The notes: a model not told the origin generated them from the sequence alone. A DNA stretch of 48,475 bases from Anaerovoracaceae bacterium (GCA_963599785.1 CAVBZJ010000001.1:17701-66175), one strand, 5' to 3'; positions 1 to 8,522 are shown, counted from the stretch's first letter. Translations and numbers: made by a program.

Positions 1-1928
1 GCCGCAAGCGTTATAATGAAAACCGTCGTCGTTTCCGCGGAATAAAGATTGCCCGCGCAACCGCTTTTTTCGGGTTTCTCGTCTTCCGCCGCCTCGTATT
101 TCTTTCCGAATTCCCCCGTTACCGTCACGTCCTTATCGAAGTCGGTATAAAAGGTTTCGGTCGGATAACCGATTGATTTTCCGTTGACGACGACCTTTTT
201 AAGCTCGTATCCCTCTTCCGCGGTAAAGATAAAGCGTATTCTTCCGTTTTTGATTTCGTACTCCGCCTTGCCGTTGCCGACGGAATCCGCGATAACGCGA
301 AGCTTTCTTACGAACACCTTGAAATGCAGATCCGCGGTCGGGTTTTTCACCTCGTAAGAATTATCCTCCGTAGCGACCGCTTCGCCGTTTAATTCCGCGC
401 GTTCTACCGTATAGCCCTCGTTCGTCAATATCTTAAACGTTACTCTGCCGTTTCTCTTAACGTAATAAATCGTCGCGCCGTTTTCTTCGTTTACTTCGGT
501 TTCTATTCCCGAAAGCTTATAGCTTATCTCGAAAACGAAGTTCTCTTTCAACTCCGCCCTGAATTCGTTGCCTTCGAGTTTTTTCTCATCGCCGTTCACG
601 GTGAAGGTTTTTACCGAATACCCCGAGCTTGGCTTTGCTGTAAATATTACCGTTCCGTTTTCCACTCTGTACTCCGCCGTTCCGCCGCCGCCCGCAACGT
701 TTACGGTCACGTCGTAAAGGTCGGAATAATCGTAAAATCTGTGGCTTTCGCTCCCTGCATAGCTTACGGAAATTCTGTCGCTGCCTTCCGAAAAGGAATA
801 AACGGTGTTCTTGTTTTCGACCGCCGCGGAAAATTCGGTTACGTTTCCTATTTCCGCTTCTTCGCCGTAGGTGTTCACGGAAATCGTTATTTCGGATATT
901 AAAGACGGTCCTTCGCCGAATACCGAATAAGGGAGACACAGCGTTCCGTTTTTGCCTTTTTCAATCGCTATCCCCTCGCCGTCGGCTATTACCTTGCCGT
1001 ATTCGTCGTTACCCGTCGCGAAGGAATATTCCCTGCCCTTTGAATAATCGGGAACGTAGGTTACGCCGCCGTGCTTTAAGGCTATTTTCACCTTTATCCC
1101 CTTTTCGCCGAGCGCGTTGAAATTAAAAAGCATCGCCGAACGCGCGTTTATCGGAGATGAGGACGAAAGGGTTATATCCGCAAAGCCTTCCGTTTTTATC
1201 ACGAGCGATTTAAGCCGCCCGTTTTCCGCGTAACCGTCCGTTACGTCGTACACCGTTTCGAGATTTTCGGTAAGAGTACATTTTTTCGCAGAAAACGCCG
1301 CGTTCGTCAGATTGCCTTCTTCGTCGAACCCGAGATTATCGAAGTCGGTCACGCTTCTGCCGCTTGTCGCGTTCAAAGCGTCCGCAAAGAACACGTTCCG
1401 CAATAAATAATGGTTTTTATGCGAGGTGTCGCCGACGAGCGTTATCTCCTTTAAGGTCACGTTCTCGTCGAGTACCTTTTTAAGCTCTATATAAATCTTG
1501 CCGTTAAAGCCCGTTTTCACGAGATACCAGCTCGTGTCCTCGAAGGGCTTGTTCGGCACGGTGAACCCCGCCGTGGTTACGTTCTCTATCCTTTCGCGGC
1601 TGTCGAGGTTATGCGCGTTCCCCGCCGAATCGGTAATAATAATCTGATAAAACGCGTATATATCGCCCGAAGCGTGTTCTACCGAATCCACCCGCATATC
1701 CAGCACGAGATATTCGTCCGTCGTTATCGGCATTTCGCCGTCCGCCGTTATTTTTACCTCCGCTTTTACGCCCGTAGCGTCGATTTTTATGCCCTCCGCG
1801 CGGACGTATCTTTCGGAAAGCTTGGCAGAATCCGCAAAAGCCGTAGTTTTTATGCTCGCCGCGCCCGCCGCAAGAAGCAGAATAAGAGAAAAAATCAACG
1901 TATACAGGATTTTAGTTTTCGCTTTCAT
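1..1928 (-). CDS. Secreted surface protein, 3' end cut by the window edge (at least 642 aa). It has a signal peptide, an N-terminal domain paralogous to the 1912..4008 and 5268..7382 products, beta-sandwich repeats, and the start of an SGC-motif C-terminal anchor.
   Basis: Absent from the ORF track because no stop codon lies in the window. ATG at 1928..1926 follows GGAGGAG (1934-1940) after 5 nt. I hand-translated 1861-1928 (MKAKTKILYTLIFSLILLLAAGA), 901-959 (KGKNGTLCLPYSVFGEGPS), 541-599 (VNGDEKKLEGNEFRAELKE) and 1-70 (EKSGCAGNLYSAETTTVFIITLAA), all in one frame without stops. Confidence 0.75.
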   Translation of the reverse strand, partial: MKAKTKILYTLIFSLILLLAAGAASIKTTAFADSAKLSERYVRAEGIKIDATGVKAEVKITADGEMPITTDEYLVLDMRVDSVEHASGDIYAFYQIIITDSAGNAHNLDSRERIENVTTAGFTVPNKPFEDTSWYLVKTGFNGKIYIELKKVLDENVTLKEITLVGDTSHKNHYLLRNVFFADALNATSGRSVTDFDNLGFDEEGNLTNAAFSAKKCTLTENLETVYDVTDGYAENGRLKSLVIKTEGFADITLSSSSPINARSAMLFNFNALGEKGIKVKIALKHGGVTYVPDYSKGREYSFATGNDEYGKVIADGEGIAIEKGKNGTLCLPYSVFGEGPSLISEITISVNTYGEEAEIGNVTEFSAAVENKNTVYSFSEGSDRISVSYAGSESHRFYDYSDLYDVTVNVAGGGGTAEYRVENGTVIFTAKPSSGYSVKTFTVNGDEKKLEGNEFRAELKENFVFEISYKLSGIETEVNEENGATIYYVKRNGRVTFKILTNEGYTVERAELNGEAVATEDNSYEVKNPTADLHFKVFVRKLRVIADSVGNGKAEYEIKNGRIRFIFTAEEGYELKKVVVNGKSIGYPTETFYTDFDKDVTVTGEFGKKYEAAEDEKPEKSGCAGNLYSAETTTVFIITLA

Positions 1929-4008
1929 CTTTTCTCCTCCTTAAAAGCAATATTGCCGCGCCGATAATCGCTGCCGCCGTCACAGGCAGTCCCGCCGTCA
2001 GCGCGGAGTTGCAGCCGCCCTTTTCGTTGTCGTTCGTTTCGGGCTTCTTTTCGACCTTCGTGAATTTCACGTTAAGATACGCGCCCGAAAGCAGCTTGCA
2101 TTTGTATTTACCGTTTTTCGGTGTTATCGTTTCGCCGTTTAAGCTTATTTCCGCGATTTCGTACCCGTCGTCTGCAACTATCGTAAATTCCACGCTTTCG
2201 TCCGCTTCGTCGAGCGTATAGTCCGCGTAACCGTTGCCTTCCGCCGTAACGCTTGCAAGGCTCTCGAAGATAACCGCCAGATAATTGTCTTTATCGTTTG
2301 CCGCAGTCACCTTTCCGTCTGTCGCCGAAATTTTTTCGCCGTTCAGATACGCTTCCGAAACCGTATATCCGAATTCGGTTTTTATCGAATATTCCACGGT
2401 CTTGCCGTCCTCGGATTTCTTCGGCGTTATTTCGCCGCCGTAATTCGCCGTGAACGAGCTTTTATATTCTCTGAATTCCGCCGAAACCTCGTAATCCTTA
2501 TCGAAAAGCGCGCGGTATTCGCCGTTTTCGTCCGCGTTGACGGGCTTGCCGTTCACCGTGAGCGAATAAAGATAACAGCCCGCGTTCGGAGTGGCTTTGA
2601 TAACGAGTATTTCGCCCTCTTCCCGATAAACAAGGCTTCCGTTTTCGGTCTCCGCAAGCTCCACTCTTCTCCCGCCGAAGGTCGCGATTATCGTTATATC
2701 CTCGCGGTATTCGGTTATCGTGTATTCCCCGTTTTCAAATTCTTCCGTTATATCTTTTCCGTTCAGAGTAACGCTTTTAAGGCTGTATCGCGCGTCCGTC
2801 GGGCGAACCTTTATCGTAACGCTTCCGTCGGCGTTCACCGTCTTTTCCGCGCTGCCCATATTCTCCGAGCCGGCGGCGACTTCGCATTTTATCTCCGCCT
2901 TTTCAAACACCGCGCTGATCTCGATATTGCCGTTTATTACTATCTCCGTGCCTTCGATTTCCCGCCCGTTCGCGGTTATTTTCACCAGCTTATACCCGTT
3001 GTCGGGAACGGCTTTGACGTAAGCAATAGTTTTGTCGCCGTTTTTATAATAGGAAAGCGTGCCGTTTTTCACCGTTTTGTCCACGCTCACCGCGTATTCG
3101 AGACATTTTGCGGAAAACTCCGTAAGCGTTGCTAAATTCGTTCTGTACACGCCGTTCACAAGCTGATTTTTTACGTCGCTTCCGTTGCTTTTCACCGAAT
3201 AGAAATACCAGCCCGATTCCGCTTTGACCTCTATTTCCGCCGTTTCGCCCTTTTCGGCGTATTTAACAGAAGTTCCCACCGTTTGCGAAACGATTCTTTT
3301 ACCGTTTCTCGTAAGCGCGTTGTTTATTATTTCCGTGCTTTCGGGAGTAAACGCGCGTTTGTTTTCGTTATTTTTTCCTTCGCAGTAGAAAATCTCCCTG
3401 ACGTCGTACGTCGCGTAGTGCGTCATATCGGAAGTAAAGGATATTCCGTCCACCGCAACGCTTTCGGTTAAAAAGTCTCCGAGGTAAATATAGAACGTTC
3501 CGTCAAAGCCCTTTTTTATAACGTAATAGCTCTGCGGCTCGGCTGTCGTTCCAGAAGTTTTTTTGTTCGCTACCGAATAGGCTTTGCCGTCCGTCGTGTA
3601 GCACTTTATTCTGTCGGCGGTAACTCTTCCGCTCCCGCCCGTCGCGGCAAAATCCTCTGCGGAAAAGCCCTCGGGCATAGTTTTTATAAGGTTATAATCC
3701 GAGGGAAGCGCGAGCGGATATTCTGTTTCCCCGTTATAAAGGGATATTCGCATATACGCGAACGCGTCCGCAGTGTTTTTTATGTCTTTCACGTTGAAAG
3801 AAACGGCGATAAAGCCGTCCTTATTCACGGTCGTCTCGGCAAAATCGTATCTTAATTCCGCCAGCACGCCCTGCGCGACTATTTCGTCCGCGGCGGAAGT
3901 CTCCGCTTTCGCGGCGGTCGGAACGCTTATTGCGAAAGCCGCCAAAGCTCCGCATATTATAGTTACGGCAAGGGCTGAAATTTTTCTTAAACGCATCGGT
4001 TTCCCCAT
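1912..4008 (-). CDS. Secreted surface protein (698 aa). It has a signal peptide, an N-terminal domain of unknown function (YYVIKKGFDGTFYIYLGDF), about five divergent InlB-B-repeat-like modules, and a C-terminal GGC motif followed by a TM helix and an RRRK tail.
   Basis: ORF track. The N-terminal hydrophobic signal is ISALAVTIICGALAAFAISVPTAAKA. Repeats follow the pattern G..V.[IV].A.P..GY. The C-terminus is EKGGCNSALTAGLPVTAAAIIGAAILLLRRRKDESEN. Confidence 0.8.
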   Translation of the reverse strand: MGKPMRLRKISALAVTIICGALAAFAISVPTAAKAETSAADEIVAQGVLAELRYDFAETTVNKDGFIAVSFNVKDIKNTADAFAYMRISLYNGETEYPLALPSDYNLIKTMPEGFSAEDFAATGGSGRVTADRIKCYTTDGKAYSVANKKTSGTTAEPQSYYVIKKGFDGTFYIYLGDFLTESVAVDGISFTSDMTHYATYDVREIFYCEGKNNENKRAFTPESTEIINNALTRNGKRIVSQTVGTSVKYAEKGETAEIEVKAESGWYFYSVKSNGSDVKNQLVNGVYRTNLATLTEFSAKCLEYAVSVDKTVKNGTLSYYKNGDKTIAYVKAVPDNGYKLVKITANGREIEGTEIVINGNIEISAVFEKAEIKCEVAAGSENMGSAEKTVNADGSVTIKVRPTDARYSLKSVTLNGKDITEEFENGEYTITEYREDITIIATFGGRRVELAETENGSLVYREEGEILVIKATPNAGCYLYSLTVNGKPVNADENGEYRALFDKDYEVSAEFREYKSSFTANYGGEITPKKSEDGKTVEYSIKTEFGYTVSEAYLNGEKISATDGKVTAANDKDNYLAVIFESLASVTAEGNGYADYTLDEADESVEFTIVADDGYEIAEISLNGETITPKNGKYKCKLLSGAYLNVKFTKVEKKPETNDNEKGGCNSALTAGLPVTAAAIIGAAILLLRRRKDESEN

Positions 4009-4038
4009 CTTTTTATCCTTTTGATTTTTTACGTTTTT

Positions 4039-4067
4039 ATTATAAATGGTTATAATGCCATTATCAA
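4039..4067 (-). promoter_or_regulatory. Sigma-A type promoter for the 698-aa surface protein gene
   Basis: Minus strand reads TTGATA (4067-4062), a 17-nt spacer, then TATAAT (4044-4039). It lies about 30 nt upstream of ATG 4008. Confidence 0.5.
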
Positions 4068-4240
4068 TATGAAAAGTAATTATATTGCTTTTAAAAAATA
4101 ACTTTTTCCCGAAAGCGAAGACGGCGCGGTTTGTCGCGTTTTCCCGTTGTTTTCAGGCTTTTTTCGCGATTTTGCCCTTAAATTATTTTTTTGACCGCGA
4201 TATAAAGTTGTTTTTTTTAATTATTTTTTTCAAAATTTCG

Positions 4241-4269
4241 TTGATTTTTCTTCGCCCGTATATTATACT
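4241..4269 (+). promoter_or_regulatory. Sigma-A type promoter of the AraC gene, placed so that the mRNA would be leaderless
   Basis: TTGATT (4241-4246), a 17-nt spacer, then TATACT (4264-4269). Only 6 nt (ttcggt) separate the -10 from ATG 4276, and no Shine-Dalgarno sequence is present. Confidence 0.45.
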
Positions 4270-4275
4270 TTCGGT

Positions 4276-5109
4276 ATGAAGTTCAAGTACCTTATAAAAA
4301 ACAGCCTGCCGAAGAACGTTAAAGTTCCGCCGCACGCTCACAACTGCTACGAGTTTATTTTTTACGTTTCCGCCGAGGGGGAAATTCAATATAACTCCGA
4401 CCACAGAAGCTCGTCCAAAGAAAATCTCACCTACACGCCCTTTTCGGGCAAAACGATTAAAAGCGTGCCGTTTGCGGACAAATCTTTCATCATTATCCCG
4501 CCCGACATAGTCCACAACGAGATTAACCGCAAAAAATCCTCGGTCGTCGCCATAGGCTTCGACGCGGAAGGCGAAGAAAAAAAGCTTATAGAAGGCTTGA
4601 TGCTCAAATCGTTCGACGATACCTTTAACATTCAGAGCGCGGTGGACGAAATTCTGAAAGAGTTCTTTGAAGCTCCCACCCATTCGGGACTGATGATAGA
4701 AACGCTCATCACGCAGATTCTTATCAGAATATCGCGCCTGACGCTTAAATCCAACGAACAGGTGGACTTTAATTTTATAAGGCAGTATCTCGACGAATAC
4801 TATATGACCGACGTGGACGTAGACGCGCTTTCGGGACAGATAGGCTACTCCAAATCTCATTTCCGCACGCTGTTCCGCAAAAAATTCAACGTCAGCTTTA
4901 AGCAGTACATTCTCAATAAGCGGCTCGAATACGCCGAATCCGCGCTGAAAAACTCTTTTCTTCCTCTCAACAAAATCGCAACGAACAGCGGCTTCGAGGA
5001 CTATTACCAGTTCAGCGTGTTCTTTAAGAAAAAAACGGGGCTTTCACCCAAGGTTTACCGCTCCAAATACGGCAAATCGATAGACGAAAACGGAAACGAT
5101 TTCAAATAA
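4276..5109 (+). CDS. AraC-family transcriptional regulator (cupin-like N-terminal domain plus AraC-type HTH)
   Basis: N-terminal PPHAHNCYEFIFYVS resembles a cupin motif. The C-terminal region (SGQIGYSKSHFRTLFRKKFNVSFKQYILNKRLEYAESAL...ATNSGFEDYYQFSVFFKKKTGLSPKVYR) is a typical dual-HTH AraC signature. Confidence 0.85.
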   Translation: MKFKYLIKNSLPKNVKVPPHAHNCYEFIFYVSAEGEIQYNSDHRSSSKENLTYTPFSGKTIKSVPFADKSFIIIPPDIVHNEINRKKSSVVAIGFDAEGEEKKLIEGLMLKSFDDTFNIQSAVDEILKEFFEAPTHSGLMIETLITQILIRISRLTLKSNEQVDFNFIRQYLDEYYMTDVDVDALSGQIGYSKSHFRTLFRKKFNVSFKQYILNKRLEYAESALKNSFLPLNKIATNSGFEDYYQFSVFFKKKTGLSPKVYRSKYGKSIDENGNDFK

Positions 5110-5146
5110 AATAAACGCGGAAGAAAAAGCTTCCGCGTTTGTTTTT
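5105..5146. terminator. Bidirectional intrinsic terminator
   Basis: An 11-bp stem pairs 5113-5123 (aaacgcggaag) with 5130-5140 (cttccgcgttt) around a 6-nt loop. An A-run lies on the left and a T-run on the right. It closes both the AraC gene (+) and the small ORF / 704-aa gene unit (-). Confidence 0.7.
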
Positions 5147-5261
5147 ACATTCCGCCGTCCCAAAGATCGTCGTATTTTACGAAATTGTCGCAAGAGACGC
5201 AAAGCACGTCCGATACGCTCGTTATTATTTTCGCTTCGGGTTTAAGATATTTCGTTTTCAT
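5145..5261 (-). CDS. Unannotated 38-aa small ORF (MKTKYLKPEAKIITSVSDVLCVSCDNFVKYDDLWDGGM), paralog of 33400..33516
   Basis: Hand-translated. ATG 5261 lies 6 nt after the TAG of the 704-aa gene and 9 nt after GGAGTGGAG. The stop TAA (5147-5145) abuts the terminator. It has the same length and motif pattern as the second small ORF. Confidence 0.6.
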   Translation of the reverse strand: MKTKYLKPEAKIITSVSDVLCVSCDNFVKYDDLWDGGM

Positions 5262-5267
5262 ATGCTT

Positions 5268-7382
5268 CTACTCCACTCCCGCAAATTTTTTCAGTAACGC
5301 AACCTGCTCTTCTTCGAGCGTTTCGCCGAGATTAGAAAGGGCGATTTCCGCAACCGATTTCACGCTTCTTGCCGCAAGCTCGTAGTAAACCGTCGTGGTT
5401 TTGCCGTTTACCGTTACGGTCACGAAAGCCCTTGCGGTAAATTCTCTTTCATATCTGCTTTCGGGAATATCCGTCAGCACCGCGTTGAATTTCTTCTCCG
5501 TCTCGGTATCCGAAAAGCTTATTTCGCCCGTTCTCGCCGCGTTTTCCGTGTCCAAAGTCAATTCTTCGCCGTCGCCGATAAGGTCGGTCGGGAGTAATAC
5601 AACCCCTATTTCAACCGTCGCGAGCGAGCTTAATTTATCGAAGCCCTGTTTATCCGCCGAATATTCAAACCGAAGCCCCGCAGGCTCGGTAAGTCTTATC
5701 GACGCGCCAAGAAATTCTATATCGAGCTTAACGATCACAGCCGTCGTGTCGGAGTTTACGACGATTTCGTCCTTCGCGAAGTAAAGCTTTCCGTCTATTT
5801 CGTAACCGATAAAGCCCGTTTCGCCGTTTTCGGGCAAAACGAAGGTTTCTCCCTCGGTTATCTCGGTTTCCGCTCCGTCAACCGTGATTTTCACCTTGAC
5901 CTTCGCGGTAAAATTCACCGCGATTTCCAAATCGCCGTCCGTTTCCGCCGTATAAACGCCGCCCGAAAGCTGAACAAGGCTTCCGTTTACGGTCAGCTCG
6001 CCCTTATACCCCGTGGGCGCGACGGGCGTTATTTTCGCGTTGCCTTCTGTCAAATCCACGGTAACGCCGCAATTCGCTATCGTTTCCGCGTAAGAAACGG
6101 CAAGCTTAACGCCGTTGGTTTCTATATTAGCTTTGTCGGTAAAAATTTTGCCTTCGGTGTAATCTATCCTCGTTTTGTTTTCGTCCTTTACCGAAGAACA
6201 GAAATACATTTGTCTTATGGTATAATCCTGAATATATCCTTTGTTCGGGTGATAAATTTTTATGCCGTCGAACGCCGTTTCGGAGGTAAAGAAGTCTCCG
6301 AGCCAAATATAGAACGTTCCGTCGAACGCCTTTTTGATAACGTAGCTGCTTGCGGAGGCGTTACCCTTATTCGGTACGGAATACGCCGCGCCCTCGCTCG
6401 TATAGCAGTTTATTCTGTCGCTCTTCACCCTTGCGCCATTCTGAAATTGAGAAGCGGTCATACCCTCGGGCAAAGCGGTTATGCTCGCGAAGTTTTGCGG
6501 CAACGAAAGATTATAATAGGTTTCGCCCGATTTAAGATATATTTTATAGTATAAATAGGTGTCGGTAGTTCCCGAAAGGGAATCTATCTTCATATCTATC
6601 GCGAGGAAGCTTTGATTCGAGACGGTAATCGGCGAATTGAATCCGTATTCGACGGTTTCCTGTCCGGAAACGGAATTTACCTTCGTTTCGCCCGTTTCAA
6701 ACCATAAAACGTCGCCGCTCGCAACGTAATATTCGTCGCCTTCGGTATTTTTCACGATATTTTCCGCAAAGAATATATCGCCTATGGTGAACGTAGGCTT
6801 GTGAGTGCCGTCCGTATTCACTTTGAGGTCGGACATTTCAAACGTTCCGTCGAAATAGTCGGGAAGATAAATGAACACCTTTCCGTTAAAGCCCTTTTTC
6901 ACCGTGAACCATACGGTGCTGTCGGTCACGCTGCCGTTGACCTTATTCGGCATCGCGTAGCCCTTTTCGGTAGTGAGATAGTTTATTCTGCTGCTCGAAA
7001 TTCTCACTCCGCCTGCTCCGCCGTAATAGTCGGCTTTGGTAAAGCCTTCGGGGTATTCGGTTGCGGAAGTCATATAATCCGCCGCCATAACGAGCAGTTT
7101 TTCCGCCCCGCCGCCGCATATCGTAAAATGGAAGGGCGTAAAGGTATCGGTAACGCCCGAGCTTATCGTGTTAAGTTCTATCGCGAGGTACTTATACTTT
7201 GCCGTGTCTACGGAAAGCGTTTCCACGCCCGATATGGTTTTCGCCGCGCTTGACGATAGCGTAAACTCGCGTTCGATGTTCTTTGCTTCGGCGGTTTTTA
7301 TGGCGCACACGCCCGAAACAACGACTATCGAAAATAACGCGACGAGTATCGCCAGCATCGCTTTTTTCATTGTTTTCGTCAT
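5268..7382 (-). CDS. Secreted protein (704 aa) with two copies of the N-terminal surface-protein domain and a C-terminal GASIRL..GLRF domain shared with the 780-aa protein
   Basis: The signal peptide is MLAILVALFSIVVVSGVCAIKTAEA. The duplicated motifs are VWFTVKKGFNGKVFIYLPDYF and SYVIKKAFDGTFYIWLGDFF. The C-terminal LGASIRLTEPAGLRFEY parallels EIRASGTAGLRFTS in the 31044..33386 product. Confidence 0.8.
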   Translation of the reverse strand: MTKTMKKAMLAILVALFSIVVVSGVCAIKTAEAKNIEREFTLSSSAAKTISGVETLSVDTAKYKYLAIELNTISSGVTDTFTPFHFTICGGGAEKLLVMAADYMTSATEYPEGFTKADYYGGAGGVRISSSRINYLTTEKGYAMPNKVNGSVTDSTVWFTVKKGFNGKVFIYLPDYFDGTFEMSDLKVNTDGTHKPTFTIGDIFFAENIVKNTEGDEYYVASGDVLWFETGETKVNSVSGQETVEYGFNSPITVSNQSFLAIDMKIDSLSGTTDTYLYYKIYLKSGETYYNLSLPQNFASITALPEGMTASQFQNGARVKSDRINCYTSEGAAYSVPNKGNASASSYVIKKAFDGTFYIWLGDFFTSETAFDGIKIYHPNKGYIQDYTIRQMYFCSSVKDENKTRIDYTEGKIFTDKANIETNGVKLAVSYAETIANCGVTVDLTEGNAKITPVAPTGYKGELTVNGSLVQLSGGVYTAETDGDLEIAVNFTAKVKVKITVDGAETEITEGETFVLPENGETGFIGYEIDGKLYFAKDEIVVNSDTTAVIVKLDIEFLGASIRLTEPAGLRFEYSADKQGFDKLSSLATVEIGVVLLPTDLIGDGEELTLDTENAARTGEISFSDTETEKKFNAVLTDIPESRYEREFTARAFVTVTVNGKTTTVYYELAARSVKSVAEIALSNLGETLEEEQVALLKKFAGVE

Positions 7383-7406
7383 TATTTTTCTCCTTACTGA
7401 ATATTT

Positions 7407-8327
7407 TTATTTATCTAATCGTTCAAATAAATAATCCATAAAATCCTGTTCTCTTACCGAAACGGACATTTTCACCGCGCCGAGGTTTTTGTCGCAAAGA
7501 GACAGGGTATGCCCCCTTAAAACGTTTTCTTTCAGCGGAACGAATATATGCCGCGTTTCGTATTCGCAGAAATGCTCGGTAAGCTCCGCGATAATCAGCG
7601 CGTCGTGCATCTGGGAGGTTCTGGTGTTATGAGCCTTCCAGCTCGCGTACATCTTGCGCAAAAACTCGCCCTCTTCGCCTTTGAGATTTTTAAGCGCGGC
7701 TTCGTCCTTTTCGCGCATATAGCATTTATTAGTGCAGTCGTTGCCGATAAGGGTTATGTCCGCGCCGCACGTCAGAACTATATCCGCCGCCTCGGGATCG
7801 CACATAATGTTCCATTCCCGCCAGTTTTTAGAGCAGCCGCCCATAATAATTATTCTCTTGAACTTCGCAAACCGTACGGGATCTTTTTTCATCGCGGTGG
7901 CAATATTCGTCAAAGGACCTATCGCAACGAGAGTAACCTCGCCCGCGTTTTCGTCCGCGATTTCGAGAAGCTTTTCCGCGGCGTCGTTCCCGTCGGCTTC
8001 GTAATCCTTCATACTGTCGTCGTACGCGGTCATTATCGGCTTTCCGTCCGCGCCGATTTTCTCGTACGGAAAGGTCGAGAACGTGCCTTTTAAGTTGACG
8101 TCCGCCCCGACGTAAACGGGAATTTCTTCTTTTTTGAAAGCCTTTAATTCCTGTTTTAATATTTTAGCCCTTAGCGCGGCGTTTTTGAAAACGGTGGTTA
8201 TGCCGAGAACCTCTATTTCTTCCGTTTTTAACGCCAAGGCTACCGCAAAAGCGTCGTCAACGTCGTCGCCTATGTCCGTATCGATAACGATTTTGCATTT
8301 ATTTTCCTTTAATGTATCAATGCCCAC
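7407..8327 (-). CDS. Nucleoside hydrolase (inosine-uridine preferring family)
   Basis: It carries the DTDIGDDVDDAFAVALAL aspartate-cluster motif. I moved the start to the GTG at 8327, which follows GGAGGG (minus strand: acatcGGAGGGcgttGTG). The TTG at 8408 in the track lies inside the predicted -35 box. Confidence 0.8.
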   Translation of the reverse strand: MGIDTLKENKCKIVIDTDIGDDVDDAFAVALALKTEEIEVLGITTVFKNAALRAKILKQELKAFKKEEIPVYVGADVNLKGTFSTFPYEKIGADGKPIMTAYDDSMKDYEADGNDAAEKLLEIADENAGEVTLVAIGPLTNIATAMKKDPVRFAKFKRIIIMGGCSKNWREWNIMCDPEAADIVLTCGADITLIGNDCTNKCYMREKDEAALKNLKGEEGEFLRKMYASWKAHNTRTSQMHDALIIAELTEHFCEYETRHIFVPLKENVLRGHTLSLCDKNLGAVKMSVSVREQDFMDYLFERLDK

Positions 8328-8379
8328 AACGCCCTCCGATGTAAAACCTCGTTTAACTTTTTTTGTTTTCGTCCATACT

Positions 8380-8408
8380 ATTTTAATAAATTTATTTCCG
8401 CGTTTCAA
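8380..8408 (-). promoter_or_regulatory. Sigma-A type promoter for the nucleoside hydrolase / 704-aa protein operon
   Basis: Minus strand reads TTGAAA (8408-8403), a 17-nt spacer, then TAAAAT (8385-8380). Confidence 0.45.
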
Positions 8409-8522
8409 TGGAAAAAATAACTGTAAAAGATTATAAAAATAACGATTCGGCGCGATTTCGTGTTAAAAACACCGTTTAACCCGATTTTCGGCGAATTATT
8501 TAAGGGCAAAAGAAAGCGATAT

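Noticed and set aside
586-939. A 117-aa minus-strand ORF listed in the track
   Set aside because: It is out of frame with the long open frame running from 1928 to the window edge, which carries a signal peptide and paralogy to the neighbouring gene. The listed ORF is Arg-rich junk.
5145-5261. Interpretation of the two 38-aa ORFs as RiPP precursor peptides
   Set aside because: No radical SAM, cyclodehydratase, lanthionine synthetase, peptidase-transporter or other maturase gene is present near either copy. One copy also lacks Cys entirely. I kept them only as small ORFs of unknown function.
8328-8408. N-terminal extension of the nucleoside hydrolase (TTG start at 8408)
   Set aside because: The TTG sits inside the predicted -35 hexamer, and the extension (MKRGNKFIKIVWTKTKKVKRG..) is not part of the hydrolase fold. 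The GTG at 8327 has a GGAGGG RBS and puts the DTDIGDD motif at the usual distance from the N-terminus.
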